This document shows positions 16,638 to 24,926 of a stretch of 25,401 bases of DNA, in pieces. A program made the position numbers and the translations under genes. The stretch comes from Oculatellaceae cyanobacterium bins.114. Lineage in GTDB: Bacteria > Cyanobacteriota > Cyanobacteriia > Elainellales > Elainellaceae. Below the pieces are notes generated by a model. The model did no database searches, had not been told where the DNA came from, and saw only the letters and a program-made list of their open reading frames with translations. The stretch spans positions 1 to 25,401 of the forward strand of contig JANRJA010000127.1 in assembly GCA_033764315.1 (NCBI GenBank), given 5' to 3'. Every line of letters begins with the position of its first letter. Within the stretch, counting starts at the first letter, position 1.

Positions 16638-17348
16638 ATGATTGCTGATCCCCGTCGTCTTAAACAACTTCACCAATTGATCCAAAAACTGGGCTTGCCT
16701 GAATCAGCACCCGTGCAATGGCGATTGCTTGATTTAGCCTTGACCCATGCCACCATCTCTGTTGAGGCAAACTATGAACGATTGGAGTTTGTAGGAGATG
16801 CCGTGATTCGCTTAGCCGCCGCCGAATTTCTGTATGAGACCTATCCTGACGCTGATGAGGGAGAATTAGCTGCCATTCGAGGAGCACTGGTGAGCGATCG
16901 CATTCTGGCTCAAATCGCTGAGTGCTATGGACTCGATCGCTACTTGTTAATCACAGCACATGCCTCGAACGACAAAGTTGGGCGAGAAACTCGCTTAGCC
17001 GCCACCTTTGAAGCTGTGTTAGCCGCTTTGTATCTCAGTACTCACACCCTCGATTTGGTGCGCCCCTGGCTGACGGGGCACTTGCAACAGATGACAGATA
17101 TCATTCGCCGCGATCCAACCCTGCAAAACTATAAAGGGGCACTGCAAGCCTGGACTCAAGCTCATCATCAAACCTTGCCAGAATATCGAGTGACAGAAGT
17201 TGGGCAGGTTTATGGAGATACAGAACGGTTTGTCGCAGAAGTTTGGTTAAATGGACAACAACTAGGGCAGGGTAAAGGGCAATCTAAAAAAACCGCCGAG
17301 CAAGCCGCCGCAAAAGTTGCGTTTCTAACCTTACAACAGGCTGTTTAA
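16638..17348 (+). CDS. rnc: Ribonuclease III
   Basis: ALTH, NYERLEFVGDAV signature, FEAVLAALYL and C-terminal dsRBD NYKGALQ...P.Y...G.G.SKK.AEQAAA. Confidence 0.96.
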   Translation: MIADPRRLKQLHQLIQKLGLPESAPVQWRLLDLALTHATISVEANYERLEFVGDAVIRLAAAEFLYETYPDADEGELAAIRGALVSDRILAQIAECYGLDRYLLITAHASNDKVGRETRLAATFEAVLAALYLSTHTLDLVRPWLTGHLQQMTDIIRRDPTLQNYKGALQAWTQAHHQTLPEYRVTEVGQVYGDTERFVAEVWLNGQQLGQGKGQSKKTAEQAAAKVAFLTLQQAV

Positions 17349-17376
17349 GACTGATTTCAATTAGCTGACGCGGATA

Positions 17377-17454
17377 TATAGCAATCCCAAATGGGTTGTG
17401 AGAGGTGCACCCCTCACAATCTGCTAATCTCACAAATGATTTAGGACTGCTATA
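17377..17454. mobile_element. MITE-like element with TATAGC ends
   Basis: 27-bp imperfect TIR: tatagcaatcccaaatgggttgtgaga versus the reverse complement of the right end, tatagcagtcctaaatcatttgtgaga (22/27). TA at both ends. Confidence 0.7.
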
Positions 17455-17537
17455 GTAATCAGGCTAGTAATCAGGAAAAGACTGACACCACAACACCAGG
17501 GATGCAACCGCAATTCATGAGTAGGAGACTCTAAATT

Positions 17538-18587
17538 TTGCAACAGCAACCATTGGGCATAGCGATCTTAGGTGCAGGGCGATGGGGTGTCCACCTCATT
17601 CGTAATTTTCTCAATCACCCCCAAGCACGCATCGTGGCGATCGCTGACCTCCACCGCGATCGCCTGCAAGCCTTGGCTCAACAGTTTAACCTCTCACCTG
17701 ACATTCAACTCATCACCGACTGGCAACTAGCGTTACAAGCCCCCGCAGTCGAAGCCGTGGCGATCGCCACCCCCGCCGCAACCCACTTTCAACTGATTCA
17801 AGCCGCACTCCAACAAGGGCACCACGTTCTCGCCGAAAAACCCCTCACCCTCAACGAGCAAGACTGCATTGAGCTTTGTCGCCTTGCCGAGCAACAGCAA
17901 CGGCAACTGGTGATCGACCACACTTATTTGTTTCATCCTGCGGTTCAACAGGGTAAACAGGCAATCCAAACCAATCTGGTAGGTGAACTACGCTACGGAT
18001 ATGCCACCCGCACCCACCTCGGCCCGGTTCGCCAGGATGTCGATGCCCTTTGGGATTTAGCGATTCATGACATTGCTATTTTGAATCACTGGCTGGGTCA
18101 AATTCCGAGGTATGTGCAAGCCCAAGGCACAATCTGGTTGCAGCCTCAGAGCTACAATCCAGTTCTCTTTCCCCACGGATTGTCTGATTTAGTGTGGGTC
18201 ACACTCACCTATCCCAGCGGCTTTCAAGCTTTTGTTCACCTCTGTTGGTGCAACCCTGATAAACAACGACGGCTGTGTGTCACAGGAGATCAGGGCACCC
18301 TGATTTTTGATGAAATGATGGCCACTACTCCACTCACCGTTCAACAAGGGGTTCTGGAGCGATCGCCACAACACTTTACTCCCACCAACCAACACCGCCA
18401 CACCTTGCCCCTTGAGGCAAACGAACCGCTCCAGCAAGTCTGCGACCACTTCATCACCTGTGCTCGTCAAAACATCCCCTCATCCATTTCATCAGGATGG
18501 GTTGGCACACAACTCGTCAAAATTTTGAGTGCCCTCACCACATCTTTGAATAGCGGTGGGCAGAGAGTAGAGATCACAGACAGCTAA
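17538..18587 (+). CDS. Gfo/Idh/MocA family oxidoreductase
   Basis: GAGRWG Rossmann motif, IATPAATH, HVLAEKP and DLAIHD. TTG start with AGGAG SD. Confidence 0.92.
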   Translation: MQQQPLGIAILGAGRWGVHLIRNFLNHPQARIVAIADLHRDRLQALAQQFNLSPDIQLITDWQLALQAPAVEAVAIATPAATHFQLIQAALQQGHHVLAEKPLTLNEQDCIELCRLAEQQQRQLVIDHTYLFHPAVQQGKQAIQTNLVGELRYGYATRTHLGPVRQDVDALWDLAIHDIAILNHWLGQIPRYVQAQGTIWLQPQSYNPVLFPHGLSDLVWVTLTYPSGFQAFVHLCWCNPDKQRRLCVTGDQGTLIFDEMMATTPLTVQQGVLERSPQHFTPTNQHRHTLPLEANEPLQQVCDHFITCARQNIPSSISSGWVGTQLVKILSALTTSLNSGGQRVEITDS

Positions 18588-18589
18588 GT

Positions 18590-18754
18590 AACGGCAGTTC
18601 GGTTTAAGAGCCTAGCGAATAAATTCGCAGCTATCAGAGCGAAGTTCGCCTTCGCGAACTACGGAGAATCACGGGTTGAGTGAACCGACGCAGGTCGGTT
18701 TGGCTCCTGTAGTTGCGGTTTCAACCGCCAAAATCCTTATCCCGAATTCACGTT
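18590..18754. mobile_element. 165-bp MITE with 19-bp imperfect TIRs, a 4-bp AAGT target duplication and internal REP-like hairpins
   Basis: aagt|aacggcagttcggtttaag ... cttatcccgaattcacgtt|aagt (14/19). Internal palindromes gcgaataaattcgc, agttcgccttcgcgaact, aaccgacgcaggtcggtt and gcggtttcaaccgc. Confidence 0.75.
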
Positions 18755-18918
18755 AAGTACAACTCGTCGTAAATAGGGGTGGGAATTTGGGGTGCAGGGG
18801 TTTTATTTCCGAACCCTATCTGTGAAAAGCAGTACTAAGAAGGCTTAAAGCAGAGGAATAACCCATCATTGAACCATTGCCCCCTAACTCTTTTGCACTC
18901 AATACTCAACTCTCATCC

Positions 18919-20904
18919 CTAGCTCCGGCTCACCGACGTTGATACCTCAGGAGTGCCATCCACAACCGGAGATTCTGACGACAATTCAGACGCTTCTACA
19001 ATCGGCAGGGCAATCTCAACAGTGGTTCCTTTGTCTGCCCCTTCACTCTGAAGCGTAATGCTGCCTCCCATCATCTCAACCAAATTGCGAGAGATCGCCA
19101 GTCCTAACCCGGTTCCTTCATACTTGCGGGTAGTAGTGCCATCTACCATGACAAATGGACGGAACAATTTGTGTTGCTGTGCTGGATCAATCCCAATACC
19201 CGTATCTTGCACCGAGATCACAATCCAGGATTCAGAATACAAGGCATCCTGCCGTCCATTTTGCCCATCGTTGTGGGGTGCAGAACCCACAGCAGTTTCG
19301 ACGCGGGTCTTTAATGTAATGCCGCCTTTGTCTGTAAATTTTGTGGCATTGTAAACAACGTTTAGAAACACCTGTTTTAAGCGAGCCGGATCAACTCGCA
19401 CCATGATTGGATGAAGCAGCTCAGGAACGGTCAACTGCAACCCTTTTTGTTGAATCTGCACCGCTTGAATATCAATCACTTCTTTGATGATGGTTCGCAG
19501 GTCAACCAGTTCGATTGAGAGTGGCAAACCTTTTTCTTCAATTCTGCGAATATCCAACAAATCATTAATAATCTTGAGCAGATGAACGGCAGCTTTATCG
19601 GCTTGCTCTAAAAACTCTTTTTCTTCTTCACGAGTATCACAGCAACCATCCTGCACCAATCGAATGCAACCAATAATGGCGTTTAGCGGAGTTCGCAACT
19701 CGTGCGAAGTATTCGCCAAAAACTCACTCTTCAGTTGGTTAGCCGCCTCAGCCTCTTGCCAAGCGGCCTCCAGCTCTCTAGCTCGTTCTTCTAGGCGGCT
19801 GACCATATTATCGAGAACCCCAGACAGTTGGTTTAGCTCTCGAATTTTAAAGTTTTTAGGGGCTCGCTCTAAAGGCCCCCGTTTGTGAATACGGCGGGCG
19901 TATTTACCCAGTTGTTCGATTGGAAGAGACAGATCACGAGCCATGTAGAGCATGGCCAGCAAGTGAGCTGACAGCAATCCTGTCGTCAAAATGACCAGGA
20001 TTTGAGTAATTGACTGTAACCCTTGCAGGGCATTGTCCAGAGGCGTTGCTGCTAAAACGACCCAAGTATGGGTTTCTGTTGCAGAGATCGGAATTTCAAC
20101 AGGAGTAAAACCAGCCAGCCACTCTGTCTCATCGCCTATAAAATCAAACAGGTGACGAGTCGCTCGTTCATTTCGGGAGGCACTAGAGAGGATATTTTGA
20201 AACCGTTCAGAGTCAGAGGCTTCTGAAATATTACGTCCCAGCCAACTCGGAACTGGATGTGCCAAAAATGTACCATCCTGGTCAAGGACGACGGTATAAC
20301 CCAGTAGCGACCAAGGTTCAGCACTTTCAAGCTGCTTTACCACGGCCTGAGCCGTCAAGCCATATCGCAACTTTCCATTCACATAGACAGGAGTACTCAT
20401 GTCAAGGATCAATTGGCTTTGCATCTCAGCCTGCATCTCTTGATTAGAGGTGTCAATTGACAAGAGATGGGCTTTGAGGGAGTCATTATTAGACTGTGTA
20501 GGTGAGAAGGTATCCTGAGTGATAGAGGTTAGAGCGGTCGTTCCACAGGTGCTGGCAACTAACTGATTGGTCTGCAAATCAGTCAACTGCAAACAACGGA
20601 CATCAGTGGGCAGTTGGGGCAACAGTTGAGTTAAAAACGATTGAGATTCGGGGCTAGATCCTGATTGCAAGACTGAGGTTTGGCTGGCGATCGCCAAACT
20701 CGTTTGCAGAGCCTCGATCGAAGATTGAATCGTATCTGCCTTCCGAATCGCACTCTCCATCAAGTTTTGGCGTGCAGTATCGAGCAAACTAGTACGAGCC
20801 TTGCGAAAGGTCACCGCCACGCCCAGTAACAGAATGGGGATACTGAAGATGAGAATTCGCGACAAGAGGATGCGGCGAAAGGAGGATTGACCTAGCATAG
20901 CCAT
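18919..20904 (-). CDS. Membrane sensor histidine kinase (TM-Cache-like-TM-HAMP-HisKA-HATPase)
   Basis: H-box SHELRTPL, N-box QVFLNVVYNATKFT, G1 DTGIG, G2 GTGLGL and two TM segments. Start is ATG 20904 or GTG 20925. Confidence 0.93.
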   Translation of the reverse strand: MAMLGQSSFRRILLSRILIFSIPILLLGVAVTFRKARTSLLDTARQNLMESAIRKADTIQSSIEALQTSLAIASQTSVLQSGSSPESQSFLTQLLPQLPTDVRCLQLTDLQTNQLVASTCGTTALTSITQDTFSPTQSNNDSLKAHLLSIDTSNQEMQAEMQSQLILDMSTPVYVNGKLRYGLTAQAVVKQLESAEPWSLLGYTVVLDQDGTFLAHPVPSWLGRNISEASDSERFQNILSSASRNERATRHLFDFIGDETEWLAGFTPVEIPISATETHTWVVLAATPLDNALQGLQSITQILVILTTGLLSAHLLAMLYMARDLSLPIEQLGKYARRIHKRGPLERAPKNFKIRELNQLSGVLDNMVSRLEERARELEAAWQEAEAANQLKSEFLANTSHELRTPLNAIIGCIRLVQDGCCDTREEEKEFLEQADKAAVHLLKIINDLLDIRRIEEKGLPLSIELVDLRTIIKEVIDIQAVQIQQKGLQLTVPELLHPIMVRVDPARLKQVFLNVVYNATKFTDKGGITLKTRVETAVGSAPHNDGQNGRQDALYSESWIVISVQDTGIGIDPAQQHKLFRPFVMVDGTTTRKYEGTGLGLAISRNLVEMMGGSITLQSEGADKGTTVEIALPIVEASELSSESPVVDGTPEVSTSVSRS

Positions 20905-21249
20905 ATCGATTCTACTCAGAGGCACGGAACCCGCTTCTACAGATTAATATCCAATTATCTTGAGAAGAGGGAACATCTGTACAAAAAGAAGGGTTTTTCA
21001 AAGACTCTTCATCTGCATAAAGAAATAAATGCGTTCCCACACCTAGATCGAATACCGACAGCAATTGATGCGTTGGGTTTAGACCTATCCAAAAGCCTAA
21101 TATAGCAGTCTTAAATCAGGTATGGGGATGAGTAGCTTGAGTTGAGACGAATTAAAAACATTACCACAGCTTCGTTGCTTGGAAATCACCACAAGATTTC
21201 AAATGAGTTTTGTAGACAAATGAATTCTCGATTTAGCAAATTCACGCGA

Positions 21250-21348
21250 TATGCAACTTAGAGGTTTAGATCCCCGGTTGCTCGTTCAGCATCCTCAAAG
21301 TAGTCTGATTTGCGTCACAGCAACCGGGGATCTGGGGAAAGTCGCATA
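21250..21348. repeat. REP-like inverted repeat element
   Basis: Perfect 15-bp IR agatccccggttgct (21268-21282) / agcaaccggggatct (21319-21333), nested in an outer IR tatgcaactt / aagtcgcata. Confidence 0.7.
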
Positions 21349-22015
21349 CAGTTATCAACTATTTGACAAAAAGCTGCAACTCCTGTTGACCCAATCGATT
21401 AATCTCAGAGATTGAAAGTGATCGGCATCACTCACTATATAAGATCAATATCACATTTAATTTGGCTTTAAATCACTTGATCTTGACTAAGAACTTGAGA
21501 TTCTTGATCTTGGCAATATTGCGGCTATTCTGGAGTTCAGGGTGTTTAGCTATCAGCGATCGCGTTCCTGAGTGCCAATTGTCAGGAAAAAATCTACTGC
21601 ATCAGCATCAGTTGACTAGCCCCGCGATCGCACCTGATTTTAGATCCTTCCATCAGTGAGCTTCTCTAGTGGCTTTTGGCTCTCAAGCTCAAGTAACAGT
21701 GTTTTGAATTGATCCATGAACTCGGCATCAAGCAGCAGTTTTGAGGAAGTCTTTAACCTGAAATATGAAATTAACCATCAAAGAACAGGTTGCTGTAAGA
21801 CTGTTGGCAATCATTGCCTTGGGCTGTCTTACAGTGTTAACTTGCAATCTCATCTATCCCGAAAATATCGAGAGCAGCGTCCCCAAAACACAGCGTCAGT
21901 AGTATCAACCAAGATCAGTATTAACAAACATCACCTGATTAGGTGAGCAAGATGGGTGAAGTGAAAGCAAAGTTGATTACTGTAGTCTGATACGTAACGC
22001 TCTAGAACGACCTAC

Positions 22016-22037
22016 GCCCGGAAACTCCGGGCTTTTT
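22016..22037 (+). terminator. Rho-independent terminator with no recognisable upstream gene (candidate sRNA end)
   Basis: gcccgga-aac-tccgggc-ttttt. Confidence 0.7.
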
Positions 22038-22160
22038 ATTTATATAACGATCGTCGAATCAGATTTTTGAACACGCCATACAGCTTGCACAATCACCTGC
22101 ACATCTAGTGCTCTAAACTTCGTGACTATACCTGTGACTACACCTTTAGAGCGGTAGTCT

Positions 22161-22195
22161 AAGCACCAATTATGGTTGAGCCATAATTGGTGCTT
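22161..22195. terminator. Perfect 15-bp inverted repeat just downstream of the alr0857-like gene
   Basis: aagcaccaattatgg-ttgag-ccataattggtgctt. Confidence 0.6.
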
Positions 22196-22205
22196 TTCAA
22201 TAGCC

Positions 22206-22592
22206 TCATGAACGCAAGGATGGAATGTGAGCTTGAGTCTCTTGCCACAGTTTGACTAGGACAAACTCAGTGCGATGACTCAAGGTCGCTACAAACACAC
22301 CCAATTCATTGGAATGTGAAGGGAGCCAAATGCCTTTGACACTGACTTCCAAATAGGATTCATCTGCGATCGCCACTTCCAACAAATCGCTGGATTCTTG
22401 CCGTGCAGCCCGTTCTAATGCATATAACTGGACTAGATGCGCGGGCAACAAAATAGAAGCACTGCCATGTTCCAGAACAACTCGCTGAGCCGTCCGCACT
22501 GACAAAATGACTCGCAGTGTAATCCATTCTTCTAATGATTGTGCAATTTGTTCTAAATGCACACTTGTTTCGGTATAGGTAAACTTCAACAT
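22206..22592 (-). CDS. alr0857-family cyanobacterial protein
   Basis: MLKFTYTE...LE....SLEEWI..RVILSVR...E...ASILLP...EVS.KG.W...GVFV..L..RTEF.L.KLW pattern recalled for this family. GAGGA SD. Confidence 0.75.
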   Translation of the reverse strand: MLKFTYTETSVHLEQIAQSLEEWITLRVILSVRTAQRVVLEHGSASILLPAHLVQLYALERAARQESSDLLEVAIADESYLEVSVKGIWLPSHSNELGVFVATLSHRTEFVLVKLWQETQAHIPSLRS

Positions 22593-22688
22593 ACTGGGAC
22601 TTCCTCAACGTTGAGATTGTGGCGTTCACACCAGAACTGTTTCAACACGACTTCACGACAACTTGGGTCAAATTCTGAAACTGACAGC

Positions 22689-22723
22689 AAAACCCCCGCT
22701 TCTGTGGGTTAGAAGCGGGGGTT
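22689..22723 (-). terminator. Terminator / attenuator hairpin between the leader ORF and the alr0857-like gene
   Basis: Minus strand: aacccccgcttct-aacccac-agaagcgggggtt-tt (13-bp perfect stem). Confidence 0.75.
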
Positions 22724-22754
22724 AAATAAAGAACTCCGTTGGAGTGCTTTTAAC

Positions 22755-23006
22755 CTATATCGGTACAGCAGTTCTAAACCTGTACCTCCCGCTCTGCCCT
22801 CTGACCACTGCCGATTTTTGCCCCAACAGGGTTTCATCAAACATGCCGCTGATCAGGATGGGGGACTCCGTGGAGCCAATGCGATCGCTAAACGAGCTAT
22901 AGCCACCACCAACAGCCGCAAGCAACGCATCAATCTGGCAATGGCGATCGCCAAGCCAATTGAGCGGTTGTTGGGCTAACTGTTGGGTGATTTGGTAACT
23001 CATCAT
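22755..23006 (-). CDS. Putative leader peptide / small protein (83 aa from ATG 23006)
   Basis: MMSYQITQQ...AAVGGGYSSF...LLGQKSAVVRGQSGRYRFRTAVPI*, positioned between a strong promoter and a terminator. Confidence 0.5.
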   Translation of the reverse strand: MMSYQITQQLAQQPLNWLGDRHCQIDALLAAVGGGYSSFSDRIGSTESPILISGMFDETLLGQKSAVVRGQSGRYRFRTAVPI

Positions 23007-23085
23007 CTGAACCCTAGCGTTTGCATTAACGGTCAACGGATGTCTCTCGTGGCAGACTCATCAGAGAATCTCGCGGGAGTAACAC

Positions 23086-23132
23086 TTGCATCTAGCTGTC
23101 AACATACTACACTTGTATTACGAAAGTGTCCA
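23086..23132. promoter_or_regulatory. Overlapping divergent sigma70-type promoters with a palindromic operator (putative TrcR site)
   Basis: Minus strand: TGGACA(23132-23127)-N17-TAGTAT(23109-23104). Plus strand: TTGCAT(23086-23091)-N16-TACACT(23108-23113). The imperfect palindrome TACTACA-ct-TGTATTA (23105-23120) overlaps both -10 boxes. Confidence 0.65.
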
Positions 23133-23208
23133 GATTCTTTGCAAACTTTTTTGCCCACTTTCCTATTGTCAACACTTGAAACAGTCAATTATTTAGGAGG
23201 ACGTCATA

Positions 23209-23544
23209 ATGTATACCCTCAGTCGCACTGCCACCACTGAAATGGAAGTCACCAGCATTCGCTTAGAGCGAGAGCTAAAGGAAAAGCTGAAAGATTTGGC
23301 TGGCAATCAAGGGTATCAAGCCCTCATTCGAGATGTGCTGTGGAACTATGTGCAGCAAAAATCAGGAGATTATCACCCCCAAATCTCCCGTGATCAGATT
23401 CGAGCCAGTGTTGCCGCAACAGCCCAACAAGAAGAGAGATGCGCTCTAACAGGCGCAGTGATTAAGCCTCAAGAGCCAATGTTATTAGGGTTAACCACTA
23501 ACGGTGAAATGATACCGTTGAGTGTCAGCAGCTTAGCACCATGA
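23209..23544 (+). CDS. trcR: Ribbon-helix-helix transcriptional repressor, TrcR (All0854)-like
   Basis: EVTSIRLERELKEKLKDLA..QGYQALIRDVLWNYV RHH fold and AGGAGG SD. It is divergent from an alr0857-like gene, consistent with the Anabaena all0854/alr0857 neighbourhood as recalled. Confidence 0.7.
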   Translation: MYTLSRTATTEMEVTSIRLERELKEKLKDLAGNQGYQALIRDVLWNYVQQKSGDYHPQISRDQIRASVAATAQQEERCALTGAVIKPQEPMLLGLTTNGEMIPLSVSSLAP

Positions 23545-23757
23545 GATTTTTGCCACCAGAGATGGAGCTACTCCAGCGATCGCGCCACAGCTAGAGCTTC
23601 CGTTTTCCAGGCTCCCATAGCAATCCCCAATCCGTTGCAAGATACGTGGGTTGCTCTGTCGAGATGGGTATCTAGACGACTAAAATCGCTACAGAACCTA
23701 TCAAAACGCCCATCTCGACAGATTGTGGCTTGTGTTATTAGCGTTAACCCCAACTGA

Positions 23758-24207
23758 ATGAATAATGTCACCCTTGAAATCGTTGCCTATTCTGAGGCAA
23801 TGATAGCCATCCAAAAGATTCGATGTGCCGTCTTTCAAATTGAACAATGTGTTGACCCAGACCTCGACTTTGACGGACAAGACCCTGAAGCCATTCATCT
23901 ATTGGCTTATGTAGAACATGAAGCGATTGGTACAGCCAGAATTCGATATTTAAGCGACTGTCTAGCAAAAATTGAACGCGTTGCGGTGATACCCACTTAT
24001 CGAGGACAAGGCATCGGTAAGCAAATCATGGACTATGCGATCGCGTTTCTGAGTCGTCAGAAGATTTCCGAAATAAAAATTAACGCTCAAGTCCATGCCA
24101 AAGCTTTCTATGAAAAGCTTGGTTTTCAGCAATATAGCGAAGAGTTTGATGAGGCAGGAATTCCACACATTGAAATGAGAATCAAAAATCCCGTTCCATT
24201 TCTTTAA
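23758..24207 (+). CDS. GNAT N-acetyltransferase (ElaA/YjcF-like)
   Basis: IR..VF..EQ, IGTAR, KIERVAV...YRGQGIG, AQVHAKAFYEKLGF and FDEAGIPHIEM. Confidence 0.92.
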   Translation: MNNVTLEIVAYSEAMIAIQKIRCAVFQIEQCVDPDLDFDGQDPEAIHLLAYVEHEAIGTARIRYLSDCLAKIERVAVIPTYRGQGIGKQIMDYAIAFLSRQKISEIKINAQVHAKAFYEKLGFQQYSEEFDEAGIPHIEMRIKNPVPFL

Positions 24208-24582
24208 AGAGTTATTAGACTAGAGACACAGGAGCGTATATTTAATTGTTTCTACAACGAAGCGATTAAGAGTATTTTTGTTATTTTCGTCACATTTTTA
24301 TAACTGCTTAAGTCTTGCCGTAGTGAGATCTGGAATGAGTTCATCATTTGATGAAGTAGGTTAAGAATAGCCTTCTAAATCTCACAATTATTAATAGTTT
24401 TTAAGCAGCGTCTCACAATTCATTTACTAAACATTATGGGGAGTATTACCCGCCTAGTTTAGGTAAGTATCCTCCTTGTATTTCAAGAGTGAGATTGTAA
24501 TGCTAAAGAAACAGTAGGAATGATTTTTATATCTGAATCGGATCGTTACTCTACTTCGTTCTTAATCCACTTTTAAGATGCT

Positions 24583-24762
24583 ATGAATACTTGCCCTTGC
24601 TGTTCAGAACAGTTGCTCCGTCACGCTCGTAACAAAAATATCTATTGGTTTTGTCCACGCTGCTGGCAAGAAATGCCCAATTTTTCAGTAGGCATTATTA
24701 ACGAACATACACCTAAGAAAACCTTAAGCCAGCTTGGCGGTGATCTTAGATTAGTTCAATAA
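24583..24762 (+). CDS. 59-aa C4 zinc-finger-like microprotein (below ORF-track cutoff)
   Basis: MNTCPCCSEQLLRHARNKNIYWFCPRCWQEMPNFSVGIINEHTPKKTLSQLGGDLRLVQ*, with a CxCC...LLRH...YWFCxxCxQEMP pattern. Confidence 0.8.
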   Translation: MNTCPCCSEQLLRHARNKNIYWFCPRCWQEMPNFSVGIINEHTPKKTLSQLGGDLRLVQ

Positions 24763-24926
24763 AACATCCCCCTGCTGAACAAATCTATTTTTGATTCCAG
24801 TATTTGTAGATCGAGTTATTGCTTAATCACTGAGCATTTGCATTGAGATTTGTTTAAGATGATGCAGTATTGAACGCCTGGTGATATAAACTATCCCAGG
24901 TTTCATCCTGCGTTTCCCGACTGAGT

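Noticed and set aside
21462-21946. ORFs 21462-21659 and 21716-21946
   Set aside because: No motifs, no clear SD and intergenic-like composition.
21982-21993. NtcA box gtagtctgatac
   Set aside because: Spacing is GTA-N6-TAC, not N8.
23038-23064. Hammerhead-like CUGAUGA followed by a gtct/agac stem on the minus strand
   Set aside because: The stem is followed by AUCC rather than the required GAAA, and no stem III/cleavage triplet could be built.
24380-24420. Repeated tctcacaatt as a CRP-like site
   Set aside because: Only TCACA half-sites without a TGTGA partner at N6 spacing, in AT-rich background.
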